Shown: piece by piece, positions 27,194-36,367 of the stretch
Numbering within the stretch: position 1 is the first letter of the stretch
Layout: every line of letters starts with the position of its first letter
Assembly (NCBI GenBank): GCA_964442285.1
Contig: CAYTZH010000009.1
Coordinates: forward strand, 64,985-128,984
Source of the DNA: an uncultured Spirochaetales bacterium
GTDB taxonomy: Bacteria > Myxococcota_A > UBA9160 > JAFDET01
DNA length: 64,000 nucleotides
Reading direction: 5' to 3'
Notes under the pieces: generated by a model
What the model was told of the DNA's origin: nothing
The model's input: the letters and a program-made list of their open reading frames with translations, nothing else
Databases searched by the model: none
Made by a program: the position numbers and the translations under genes

Positions 27194-27243
27194 GTGATAG
27201 ACTGCCGGGTCCGCCGTCCGCGGGACGGCGCCAGGAGGCTTCG

Positions 27244-28830
27244 ATGAGCGATCCCCGGCCCGGCAGCTACGACTTCCACGCCCACCACAGCCCCGGCGGG
27301 CTCGCGCTGGTCGACGGGGCACGCCGCTTGACCTGGGGCGACTGGGAGCAGCGTGCCTGCCGCCTGGGAAGCTTCCTGCGCGACCGCCTCGGGCTCCGGC
27401 CCGGCGACCGCGTCGCCTGGCAGCTGCACAACTGCGTGGAGATCTACGAGCTGGCCTTTGCCCTCCAGAAGATCGGCTGCATGCCGGTTCCGGTGGGCTA
27501 TCGCCTCACCGGGCCCGAGGCGGCCTACATCGTGGACGACTCCGACGCCAAGGCCGTCGTCTGTGGCGCCCACTTCGCCGAGGCCCTGGCGGGCGCCCTG
27601 GCGGAGATGCCGAAGGTGCCCGAGGACCGCTTCCTGGTGGTCTCCGACGACGACGACGCCTGGCGCGCCCACCTCCCCAAGGCACTGGCCTTCGAGGAGG
27701 CCATGGAGGCCGGCACCCCCGACCACTTCCGCTTCGACGGCGAGGTGGAGGGTGGCTCCATCATCTACACCTCGGGAACCACCGGCCGGCCCAAGGGCGC
27801 CTTCCGCGATCCCTCGGATTCGAACCTGCGCGCCGGCATCGCCCAGCTCATGCTGGGGATCGTCCAGACCTTCCGCTACGAGCCCGGCGACCTGCACCTG
27901 CTGACCTGCCCACTCTACCACTCGGCCCCGCCGGCGATCGCGCTCATCACCCACACCCTGGGCGGATCGGTCCACCTGCAGCGCCGCTTCGATCCCGAGG
28001 GCTTCCTGCGCCTGATCCAGGACGAGGGCATCACCTCGGCGTTCGTGGTGCCGACCCAGCTCAACCGCATCCTCTCCCTGCCGGAGGAGGTGCTCGGCCG
28101 CTACGACCTGTCCTCGATGAAGCGGCTGCTGGTGGGGGCCGCGCCCTTCCCCTTCCCGGTGAAGAAGAAGACCGTGGAGCTCTTCCCGAGCCCCTGCGTC
28201 TACGAGTTCTACGGAGCCACCGAGACCGGCTTCAACACGGTGATCGGACCCGAGGACCAGCTCCGCAAGCCGGGCTCCTGCGGCAAGCTGCTGCCCACCA
28301 ACGAGATCCGGATCGTCGACGACGAGGGCAAGCCCGTCCCCCAGGGCGAGATCGGAACCCTCTACGTGAAGAACCCGATCCTCATCAGCGGCTACTACAA
28401 GAAGCGCGAGGCCACGGACGAGTGCCTCGAGGAGGGATTCTTCTCGGTGGGCGACATGGCCCGGCTCGACGACGAGGGCTTCCTCTACATCGTCGACCGC
28501 AAGAAGGACATGATCATCTCGGGCGGGGTCAACATCTACCCGGCGGAGATCGAGGCCGAGCTGCGCAAGCACCCGGACGTCTACGACTGCACCGTGGTGG
28601 GCGTACCGAACGAGGAGTGGGGCGAGGAGGTCAAGGGCGTGGTGGTGCGGAACCCGGGCGCGACCGCGACGGAGGAGGAGATCCGCACCTTCCTGGCGGA
28701 TCACCTGGCGGACTACAAGGTCCCGCGAAGCATCGACTTCGTGGACGAGCTGCCGTACAACCCCTCGGGCAAGCTGCTCAAGCGCGAGGTCCGCGCCCGC
28801 TACTGGCAGGACGCCGGCCGCAGCATCTAG
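27244..28830 (+). CDS. Acyl-CoA synthetase (AMP-dependent fatty-acid--CoA ligase)
   Basis: SD 'aggagg'. Contains 'YTSGTTGRPKGA', 'EFYGATE', 'GDMARLDDEGFLYIVDRKKD' and 'SGKLLKR'. Confidence 0.9.
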   Translation: MSDPRPGSYDFHAHHSPGGLALVDGARRLTWGDWEQRACRLGSFLRDRLGLRPGDRVAWQLHNCVEIYELAFALQKIGCMPVPVGYRLTGPEAAYIVDDSDAKAVVCGAHFAEALAGALAEMPKVPEDRFLVVSDDDDAWRAHLPKALAFEEAMEAGTPDHFRFDGEVEGGSIIYTSGTTGRPKGAFRDPSDSNLRAGIAQLMLGIVQTFRYEPGDLHLLTCPLYHSAPPAIALITHTLGGSVHLQRRFDPEGFLRLIQDEGITSAFVVPTQLNRILSLPEEVLGRYDLSSMKRLLVGAAPFPFPVKKKTVELFPSPCVYEFYGATETGFNTVIGPEDQLRKPGSCGKLLPTNEIRIVDDEGKPVPQGEIGTLYVKNPILISGYYKKREATDECLEEGFFSVGDMARLDDEGFLYIVDRKKDMIISGGVNIYPAEIEAELRKHPDVYDCTVVGVPNEEWGEEVKGVVVRNPGATATEEEIRTFLADHLADYKVPRSIDFVDELPYNPSGKLLKREVRARYWQDAGRSI

Positions 28831-28836
28831 CGGAGA

Positions 28837-30228
28837 TCAGCCGGCCAGGTACGAGCGCAGCGACTGGAGCAGCACGACCACGAGCACCAGCGGAACCGGG
28901 TAGCGCAGGAGCCAGCGCCAGAGCGCGAACCAGCGCACCCCCTCGGCGCCCCGGCGCACCTCGTTCATCGGATGGCGCATCACCCAGCCGACGAAGACCG
29001 CGAGCAGGAGTCCGCCCAGGGGCAGGAGCAGATTGCTCGCGAGGGCATCCAGACCGTCGCGGACGCGCCCGGAGAGGGCGGCCGGTACGCCCACCAGGGC
29101 ACCGACGCCGCCGAAGACGAGCGTCGACCGGAGGCGGCTCCAGCCGAGACCGTCCATGGCCGACGCCACCACCACCTCGAGCAGCGAGATCGCCGAGGTG
29201 AGCGCCGCCACCACGAGCGCCACGAAGAAGAGCGAGCCGAAGACCCGACCCGCCGCCCCCATCTCGGCGAAGGCGCCGGGCATCGTGATGAAGAGCGTCC
29301 CGCCCACGCTCTCCATCACCGCGCCCTCGAGACCCAGGGCGAAGAGCACCGGGAAGACCGCGAGACCGGCGAAGAAGGCCACCCCGAAATCGGCGAACGC
29401 GACCACCAGCGATTCGTTGGGAAGGTGATCCCGTTCGGAGAGGTAGCTGGCATAGGTGAGCATGGCGCCCATGCCGAGGCTCAGGCTGAAGAAGGCCTGG
29501 CCCGCGGCGGCCTGGAGCACGTCCCAGTCGAGGACCTCCGAGAGGTCCGGCTGCAGGTAGAAGCGATAGCCGGCCCCGCCGCCGTCGAGGGTGGCGGCGT
29601 AGATCGCGATGCCGACGAGCAGGAGGAAGAGCGTCGGCATCAGGATCACGGCCATGCGCTCGATGCCCGCCTTGACGCCACCCACCACCACGCCGACGGT
29701 CGCCGCCAGGAACGCCAGGTGCCATGCGACCGCGTCCCAGCCCGTCTCGACCTGGCCGAAGTAGGCGCCCGCGTCCCGGTCGAATCCCGCCAGCAGTCCG
29801 TGGACCGCGTAGCGAACCGTCCAGCCGGCGATGACGCTGTAATACGCCAGGATCACGAAGCCCGTGGCGACGAAGACCCAGCCCAGGGCCCCCCAGGACC
29901 GACCGCCGAAGTGGATCATGGCGCCGATCGGGCTGCGGCCCGCGCCGCGGCCGATCACCAGCTCGGCCAGCAGGACCGGCAGCCCGATGAGGAGGGTGAA
30001 GCCGAGGTAGAGCACCACGAAGGCGGCACCCCCGCTCTCCGCGGCCAGGTACGAGAAGCGCCACATGTTGCCCAGGCCCACGGCCGAGCCGACGGCCGCC
30101 AACACGAAGCCGGCGCGGCTGGCCCACTGCTCGCGATTCGGGTCTCGAGGCTGGATCACAGGAATCCCCCGTGGCCGTGGTGGGCGCCTGGGGGGGAGGG
30201 CGGCGCGGGACGCAGCATAGCCCGGCAC
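28837..30228 (-). CDS. Neurotransmitter:sodium symporter (NSS/SNF) family transporter
   Basis: 'WASRAGFVLAAVGSAVGLGNMWRFSYLAAESGGAAF' is the NSS signature. Confidence 0.9.
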   Translation of the reverse strand: MPGYAASRAALPPRRPPRPRGIPVIQPRDPNREQWASRAGFVLAAVGSAVGLGNMWRFSYLAAESGGAAFVVLYLGFTLLIGLPVLLAELVIGRGAGRSPIGAMIHFGGRSWGALGWVFVATGFVILAYYSVIAGWTVRYAVHGLLAGFDRDAGAYFGQVETGWDAVAWHLAFLAATVGVVVGGVKAGIERMAVILMPTLFLLLVGIAIYAATLDGGGAGYRFYLQPDLSEVLDWDVLQAAAGQAFFSLSLGMGAMLTYASYLSERDHLPNESLVVAFADFGVAFFAGLAVFPVLFALGLEGAVMESVGGTLFITMPGAFAEMGAAGRVFGSLFFVALVVAALTSAISLLEVVVASAMDGLGWSRLRSTLVFGGVGALVGVPAALSGRVRDGLDALASNLLLPLGGLLLAVFVGWVMRHPMNEVRRGAEGVRWFALWRWLLRYPVPLVLVVVLLQSLRSYLAG

Positions 30229-30417
30229 GGGGGAACGCGGTAACGGTCCTTCCGCAGCGACGGGCGCCCCGGGCGCGAGAGGTCGCCGGGCCCCGCTGGA
30301 CTTCGGCGGGAGGCGGATATACTGCAGCGCTCAGCACCAGGAGCCCGCGATGCGATCCGCCCGCCGCCCCCTGCCGCCCTTCGACGCCCCCCTTCCGCCT
30401 GCGAACGTGGTCGCCGC

Positions 30418-33006
30418 TTGAGCCGTCGCCACCGGGGCTTCCGCCTCACTTCCGACGTGAGACCCGCCGACGTCGACCTCCACGTGGAGGTCGATCCGGC
30501 CGCCGGTCGTCGTTTCAAGGGCCGGGTGGGGATCGAGCTCGACGTCGCGCGGCCCCAGGGCCACCTGGAGCTCCACGCCGTGGATCTCCGCGTGAACCGG
30601 GTGCAGCTTCGCGGCTCGGACGGAAGCGTGATGCGCGGGACCATCCAGCCGCGGCCCTCGCTCGAGACGCTGCTGTTCAGCTTCGCGTCGCCGGTTCCGG
30701 CGGGTCGCTCCCGCCTCGAGCTCTCGTTCTCGGGGACGCTGCGCAGCGACCTCCGCGGCCTGTACCTCGCCGTCGACGGCGAGCGCCGCTACGCGGTCAC
30801 CCAGCTCGAGGCCACCGACGCGCGGCGCTTCTTCCCCTGCTTCGACGAGCCCGCCTTCAAGGCCCGCTTCCGGCTGGTGGTCACCACGGCGGGCGGGCAC
30901 ACGGTGGTCTCCAACGGACCGCTGGAGCGCGAGGAGTCGCTGCCGGACGGCCGCAAGACGGTCCACTTCGCGCGCACGCCGCCGCTCTCGACCTACCTGG
31001 TGGCCCTGGCGGTCGGCGCCTTCGAGTCCTCGGCGCCCGAGCGGGTGGGCGACACCGAGATCCGCGTCCGGCACGTGCCCGGGAAGGGCCACCTGACGGA
31101 CTTCGCCCTGGAGACCGCGCGCGAGACCCTCGCCCGTCTCGAACGCTACTTCGACCTGCCCTACCCCTACGCGAAGCTCGACCTGGTGGCGGTCCCGGAC
31201 TTCGAGGCCGGCGCCATGGAGAATGCCGGCGCGGTCTTCTTCCGGGAGACCCTGCTGCTGACCGATTCCACCAGCGTCACGCTCGCCGAGAAGAAGCGGG
31301 TAGCGGAGGTGATCTGCCACGAGCTCGCCCACATGTGGTACGGCGACCTGGTCACCATGGCCTGGTGGGACGACCTGTGGCTGAACGAGGCCTTCGCCAC
31401 CTGGATGGCCTTCCACGTGGTCGACGACTGGCAGCCCGAGTGGCGCATGTGGCTCGACTTCCAGCACATGCGCGCGGCCGCCCTGGACCTCGACGCCCTG
31501 CGCAACACCCACCCCATCTACGTGGACGTGGCCAGCCCCGAAGAGGCCACCGCGAACTTCGACCTGATCACCTACGAGAAGGGCGCCTCCGTGGTGCGCA
31601 TGCTCGAGCGCTACCTGGGGGCGAGCGCCTTCCGCAAGGGCGTGCGCCGCTACATCCGTCGCCATCGCGAGGGCAACGCGGTGGCCGCCGACCTGTGGCG
31701 GGCGCTGGCGGAGGCCTCGGGCCAGGACGTGGCGCCGATCGTGCGCGCCTGGATCGAGCAGCCGGGCCATCCGCTGCTCGCGGTCCGCCGGGGTCGCGGG
31801 CGCAAGGGCCCCTGGCTCGAGCTGCGCCAGCAGCGCTTCCGGTCCCGCTCGGAGCGCGACGACGGCAGCCGCTGGCCCATCCCCTGGGTGGGCCGTCTGG
31901 GACGCGGACGCGGTCGCAGCAGCCGGCTGGAGCGACGGCTCGTGACCGGGGGCCGCGAGCGTCTCGACCTCGCCGCGGAGCCCGGCTTCGTCTACGCGAA
32001 CGCCGACGAGGGGGGCTTCTTCCGTCCGGTGCATCCGGCCGACGAGCTCCGCGCTCTCGCGGGCGCCCGCCACGCGCTCTCGGCGGTCGAGCGCATGGGG
32101 CTCGTGCAGCACCAGTGGGCGGCGGTCCACGCCGGCCACGCCGAGCTCGAGGGCTTCCTCGAGCTGGTCGGAGCCTGGTCCGACGAGACCGACCCCGACG
32201 TGCTGGCCGCGATCCGCGGGCCGCTCGACTTCATCGACCGCCAGCTGGCCGCCGAGGCCGGCGCGCCGACGCGGGAGTCGTTCCACGCCTGGCTGATCGA
32301 TCGCTTCGGCGGGTCCCTGCTGGAGCTCGGCTGGGATCCGGCCGACGGCGAGCCCGACGCCGTCCGCCTCCGCCGCGCCGAGGTCCTGGCGATCCTCGGC
32401 GGGATCGCCGGCTGGGAGCCGGTCCTCGAGGCCGCCGAGGGACGCTTCGAGGCCTTCCTCGACGACCGCGGCGCCCTCGACCCGAACCTCGCCGACCTGG
32501 TGGTGACCCTCGCCGCCCGCACGGCCGACACCACGCGCTGGCAGCGCCTGCGCGAGGCGGCGGAGAAGGCCGGCACGCCGCAGGAGCGCCGGCGCTTCCT
32601 CCTCGCCCTCGGCGAGGTGCGGGCGGCGCGGCTCGTGGACCGGGCGCTGAAGCTGACCCTCACCCCCGCCGTTCCCACCCAGGACGTGGTCTTCCTGCTG
32701 GTGCGCCTGCTCGGGAACCCGTCGGCGCGGGAGGCCACCTGGGCGTTCGCGACCGGACGCTGGCCGAAGCTCTCGAAGCGGATGCCCTCGATGCTCGTCA
32801 CCCGCTTCGTCGACGCCCTGCCGGCGCTCCAGACGGAGGCCTACCGGCGGGAGGTCCGCGACTTCTTCGACCGCCACCCCGTCCCGACCGCGACGCGCGC
32901 CCTGCGCCAGGCCAGCGAGCGCTTCCGACGCAACGCCGCCGTGCGCCAGCGCGGGGCCCCCGCCCTGCGGCGCTGGCTGTCCACCCAGGTGCTGCCGAAC
33001 GCGTGA
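30418..33006 (+). CDS. pepN: Aminopeptidase N (M1 family)
   Basis: TTG start. Contains 'GAMENAG' and 'HELAHMWYGDLVTMAWWDDLWLNEAFA' (HEXXH-x18-E). Confidence 0.9.
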   Translation: MSRRHRGFRLTSDVRPADVDLHVEVDPAAGRRFKGRVGIELDVARPQGHLELHAVDLRVNRVQLRGSDGSVMRGTIQPRPSLETLLFSFASPVPAGRSRLELSFSGTLRSDLRGLYLAVDGERRYAVTQLEATDARRFFPCFDEPAFKARFRLVVTTAGGHTVVSNGPLEREESLPDGRKTVHFARTPPLSTYLVALAVGAFESSAPERVGDTEIRVRHVPGKGHLTDFALETARETLARLERYFDLPYPYAKLDLVAVPDFEAGAMENAGAVFFRETLLLTDSTSVTLAEKKRVAEVICHELAHMWYGDLVTMAWWDDLWLNEAFATWMAFHVVDDWQPEWRMWLDFQHMRAAALDLDALRNTHPIYVDVASPEEATANFDLITYEKGASVVRMLERYLGASAFRKGVRRYIRRHREGNAVAADLWRALAEASGQDVAPIVRAWIEQPGHPLLAVRRGRGRKGPWLELRQQRFRSRSERDDGSRWPIPWVGRLGRGRGRSSRLERRLVTGGRERLDLAAEPGFVYANADEGGFFRPVHPADELRALAGARHALSAVERMGLVQHQWAAVHAGHAELEGFLELVGAWSDETDPDVLAAIRGPLDFIDRQLAAEAGAPTRESFHAWLIDRFGGSLLELGWDPADGEPDAVRLRRAEVLAILGGIAGWEPVLEAAEGRFEAFLDDRGALDPNLADLVVTLAARTADTTRWQRLREAAEKAGTPQERRRFLLALGEVRAARLVDRALKLTLTPAVPTQDVVFLLVRLLGNPSAREATWAFATGRWPKLSKRMPSMLVTRFVDALPALQTEAYRREVRDFFDRHPVPTATRALRQASERFRRNAAVRQRGAPALRRWLSTQVLPNA

Positions 33007-33042
33007 GGGCGCGGGCGTGAGGGCGCGGGCGTGAGGGCGCGG
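33001..33042 (+). repeat. 3 x 14-nt perfect tandem repeat 'gcgtgagggcgcgg' spanning the pepN stop
   Basis: Copies at 33001, 33015 and 33029. Each contains TGA, so the three TGAs fall in three different frames. The array ends 2 nt before ATG 33045. Confidence 0.95.
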
Positions 33043-33044
33043 GG

Positions 33045-34799
33045 ATGAGATCCCAAGCCGAGCTGGAGCGCCTGCTCGCCCGCATCGACGGCCGCGGCTA
33101 CGGCGCCTACAGGGAGCTGCGGGGCCCCTGGGCGCTGGACGGTGCGGTGCTTTGCGTCGACCGGGTCCAGGGCGACCCCTTCGCCGCGCCGTCGCGGGTG
33201 CGGCTGCGCCTTCCCATGGAGCGCGCGGCGCTCCCGGAGGAGCTCTTCCGCGGGCCGGTGCGTCGGACGGCCGCCGAGGACTTCCTGGCCCGGGCGCTGG
33301 CCGAGCAGCTCCGGCGCGGACATCGGGGCGCCGGATCCGGCAAGAGCGGTCTCGTCCAGATCGACGTCGGGGGCCAGACGGTGCTCGAGCGGACGGCCAT
33401 CCGGCTGGCGCCGGACTTCGTCGAGGCCCGCCTCGAGGTCGGGCTTCCGGCGGCCGGGCGGCGCATCCTCGGCCGCGAGGCCCTTCGCCTGCTCTGCGGC
33501 GAGCTGCTCGCCGCCGCCGAGGGCGGTCTCCGCTGGGAGGCGCTCGACGGAGCGGCCGCGGTCGCCTTCGCCGACGCGGTGGAGAACCAGGAGGCCCTGC
33601 GGGCCCAGCTCGGCGGGCTCGGACTGGTGGCCTTCGTGGCCGATGGCGCCGTGCTGCCGCGTCGCAGTGGCGTGTCGGAGCTCCCGCTGGAGGCGGACGA
33701 GGCGGTGCCCTTCCGCTCGCCCGACTCCCTGCGCGTGGCGCTCGACCTGCCGCGGCCGGGGCCCGGGGGCGCGCGCCGGCTCTCGGGCATGGGGATTCCC
33801 GAGGGCGTCACCCTGATCGTCGGCGGCGGCTACCACGGCAAGTCGACCCTCCTGGCCGCCCTCGAGCGCGCCGTCCATCCCCACGTGCCGGGCGACGGCC
33901 GGGACGTCGTGGCCACCCGGGCCGACGCCGTGAAGATCCGCGCGGAGGACGGCCGCCGCGTGGAGCGCGTCGACATCCGGGCCTTCGTCGGCGCCCTGCC
34001 CGGCGGCCGCACCACCGAGGCGTTCTGCAGCGACGACGCCAGCGGCAGCACCAGCCAGGCGGCCGGCCTGGTGGAGGCCCTGGAGGCGGGCTCGCGCCTG
34101 CTGCTGGTGGACGAGGACACGGCCGCGACGAACCTGATGGTCCGCGACGCGCGCATGCAGGAGCTGGTGGCGAAGCGGGACGAGCCGATCACCCCGCTGG
34201 TGGACCGGGTCCGCGAGCTCCGCGACCGCCTCGGCGTCTCGACGGTGCTGGTGATGGGCGGCTGCGGCGACTACTTCGAGGTGGCCGACACGGTGATCGC
34301 CATGAGGAGCTACCGGCCCGAGGTCGTCACGGACCGGGCGCGGGCGATCGCGGCCCGCCACGCCACGGGGCGTCGCCACGAGGCAGGCACGCCCCTCGCG
34401 CCGCCGCGTCCGCGGCTCCCCTCCGCCGAGAGCCTCGATCCCGCCCGCGGTCGCCGCCCGGTCAAGATCGTCGCGCGCGGCCGGGACGAGATCGAGTTCG
34501 GTCGCGAGCGGATCGATCTCCGCGCCGTCGAGCAGATCGTCGACCCGAGCCAGGTCCGCGCCATCGGCGGCGCCCTGCGCTACGCCCGGGACCACCTCAT
34601 GGGCGGCCGGTCCGTGGCCGAGATCCTCGACGCCCTGGAGGCGTTGCTGGAGGACGCCGGCATCGACGCCCTCGCTCCCGACCGGCGGGCCGGCGGCGAG
34701 GAGCATCCGGGCAACCTGGCCCGCCCGCGCCGCTTCGAGATCGCCGCCGCCTTGAACCGGCTGCGGACCCTGCGGGTCGCGTCTCAGTCGAGTCCGTAG
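33045..34799 (+). CDS. ABC-class ATPase of unknown function (COG3044 / 'ABC_ATPase' family)
   Basis: 584 aa. Walker A 'GGGYHGKSTLL', Walker B-like 'LLLVDEDTAATN', and N-terminal 'IDGRGYGAYRELRG'. Confidence 0.75.
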   Translation: MRSQAELERLLARIDGRGYGAYRELRGPWALDGAVLCVDRVQGDPFAAPSRVRLRLPMERAALPEELFRGPVRRTAAEDFLARALAEQLRRGHRGAGSGKSGLVQIDVGGQTVLERTAIRLAPDFVEARLEVGLPAAGRRILGREALRLLCGELLAAAEGGLRWEALDGAAAVAFADAVENQEALRAQLGGLGLVAFVADGAVLPRRSGVSELPLEADEAVPFRSPDSLRVALDLPRPGPGGARRLSGMGIPEGVTLIVGGGYHGKSTLLAALERAVHPHVPGDGRDVVATRADAVKIRAEDGRRVERVDIRAFVGALPGGRTTEAFCSDDASGSTSQAAGLVEALEAGSRLLLVDEDTAATNLMVRDARMQELVAKRDEPITPLVDRVRELRDRLGVSTVLVMGGCGDYFEVADTVIAMRSYRPEVVTDRARAIAARHATGRRHEAGTPLAPPRPRLPSAESLDPARGRRPVKIVARGRDEIEFGRERIDLRAVEQIVDPSQVRAIGGALRYARDHLMGGRSVAEILDALEALLEDAGIDALAPDRRAGGEEHPGNLARPRRFEIAAALNRLRTLRVASQSSP

Positions 34800-36367
34800 C
34801 GGCGCCGGAGGTCGCGACGGGCCCGCTCGGCCTGCTGCAGGGCCGCCCGTCCCCGCGCGGTGCGCGGGCCGTAGAGCACGCCCGCGCTCTCGAGGAGCAC
34901 CGTGGCCTCCACGCGCCGCTCGACCCGCCACAGCAGGTCGGCCCCGAAGGCGCAGACATCGCCCAGGTGGGTGTCGAGGACGGCGGCGTCCAGCAGCAGC
35001 CGCGCACCGGCGACGCGCGACGAGCGGGCGGCGGCGAGCGCATCCTCGACGCCGAGCCGGCGCAGGGTCAGGTTCGTCTGCACCAGCGCCAGGTAGGCTT
35101 CGGCGAGCGCCTCGAGCTCGACGCGCGCGAACACGTTGGCCTCCCAGCCGCCCGGACCGAAGCTCCGCCCGCGCAGCACCCGCACGATCCCGGCGTTGGG
35201 CCGGTCCAGGGCCCAGGCCTCGCCGGACGGGTTCATCAACGACGCGATGTCCGGGTTCACGTGCATGGCGCCGAACAGGTGGAGGACCTCGTGGGTGAGG
35301 GTGTGGCTGCGCTCGACCCCGGCGGGCAGCCGGGCGACGAGCCGGCGCCCCAGGAACTCCGCCAGGCCGAGCTGGTAGCGGCGGGCGCCGGGCGGGGCGG
35401 GACGCGCCGTCAGCAGCGCGATCACCCCCTCTCGCGGCTGCGGAGCGCCCGGAGAGCGCAGGGCCGCCAGCATGGGATCGAGCTCGCCCCGCCCGACCGG
35501 GGGGTCGAAGGCGCCCATGGAGACGGGGGCGAACACGACGCCGAGGCTCCCGTCCAGGTCGGCGGTGAGCCGCTGCAGCAGCCAGCGGACCTGGAAGGCC
35601 CAGCCCTCGCGGGCGCGCAGGGACGCATCGGCCAGCACGTGGACCGGGACCCGCCGCCGCCGGGCGAAGTCCGGATCGAGGGCCTGGAGCGAGCGCCAGG
35701 CCTCCCGCGCCGAGACGGGATCCCGGTCCCCCAGCCAGAGCGCCGCCTCGAGGTAGCCCGTCGCGCGGGCCGGGCGTCCGGCGCTCGCCGCGGCCCGCCC
35801 GACGGCCAGCAGCACCGCCGGATCGTAGGGGTGTGCCCGGAACGCCGCGACGAGACCGTCGGGATCCGCGGGGAGCGGACGCGGTGCCGGACCGGTGAGG
35901 GCGAGCAGGCGCGTGTGGGCCGCAAGGTGGCGCGGCGCGCTCTGCAGGGCCCGCCAGAGCAGGCCCTGCGCCTCCTCGGAACGACCTCGCGCCTCCAGGA
36001 CGGCCGCCGCGACCTCGAGCACCTCTGCGTCCTCCGCTGCGCGCTCGCGGGCCTCGCCGATCCAGCGCTCGGCCTCGTCGAGGGCGCCGCGGGCCAGGGC
36101 CAACCGCGCGAGACCGATCCGCCCGGCGACGGGATCGCTGCCCAGCGCCCGCCGGTAGCGACCTGCTGCAGTGTCGAGCTCGCCCCGGGCGCGAGCCGCG
36201 TCCGCGAGCTCGAGCAGCGGGCTCGGCGCGTCGGCGCGGGGCTCCGAAGACGGCGACGCGGAGGGGGCCGGGGCACTGGGGGCGGAGCCGGCGCAGGCGA
36301 CGAGGAGGGCGAGCGCGGCCCGGGCAGCGAGGGCGGCGAGCGCCGCGGCCGCCGGGGCCGATCTCAG
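34784..36367 (-). CDS. TPR-repeat + metzincin-motif (HExxHxxGxxH) lipoprotein; probable CTG start
   Basis: 'HEVLHLFGAMH'. Ala/Leu-rich TPR-like repeats. The N-terminus 'xRSAPAAAALAALAARAALALLVAC' is a textbook lipoprotein signal. The only start-like codon just before it is CTG 36367, which overlaps the sucA TGA. Confidence 0.7.
   Translation of the reverse strand: MRSAPAAAALAALAARAALALLVACAGSAPSAPAPSASPSSEPRADAPSPLLELADAARARGELDTAAGRYRRALGSDPVAGRIGLARLALARGALDEAERWIGEARERAAEDAEVLEVAAAVLEARGRSEEAQGLLWRALQSAPRHLAAHTRLLALTGPAPRPLPADPDGLVAAFRAHPYDPAVLLAVGRAAASAGRPARATGYLEAALWLGDRDPVSAREAWRSLQALDPDFARRRRVPVHVLADASLRAREGWAFQVRWLLQRLTADLDGSLGVVFAPVSMGAFDPPVGRGELDPMLAALRSPGAPQPREGVIALLTARPAPPGARRYQLGLAEFLGRRLVARLPAGVERSHTLTHEVLHLFGAMHVNPDIASLMNPSGEAWALDRPNAGIVRVLRGRSFGPGGWEANVFARVELEALAEAYLALVQTNLTLRRLGVEDALAAARSSRVAGARLLLDAAVLDTHLGDVCAFGADLLWRVERRVEATVLLESAGVLYGPRTARGRAALQQAERARRDLRRRYGLD

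Noticed and set aside
27816-27826. 'ggattcgaacc', the reverse complement of a tRNA T-loop-like 'GGTTCGAATCC'
   Set aside because: The flanking bases do not form a T-stem or an acceptor stem. The site sits in-frame inside the well-supported acyl-CoA synthetase CDS.
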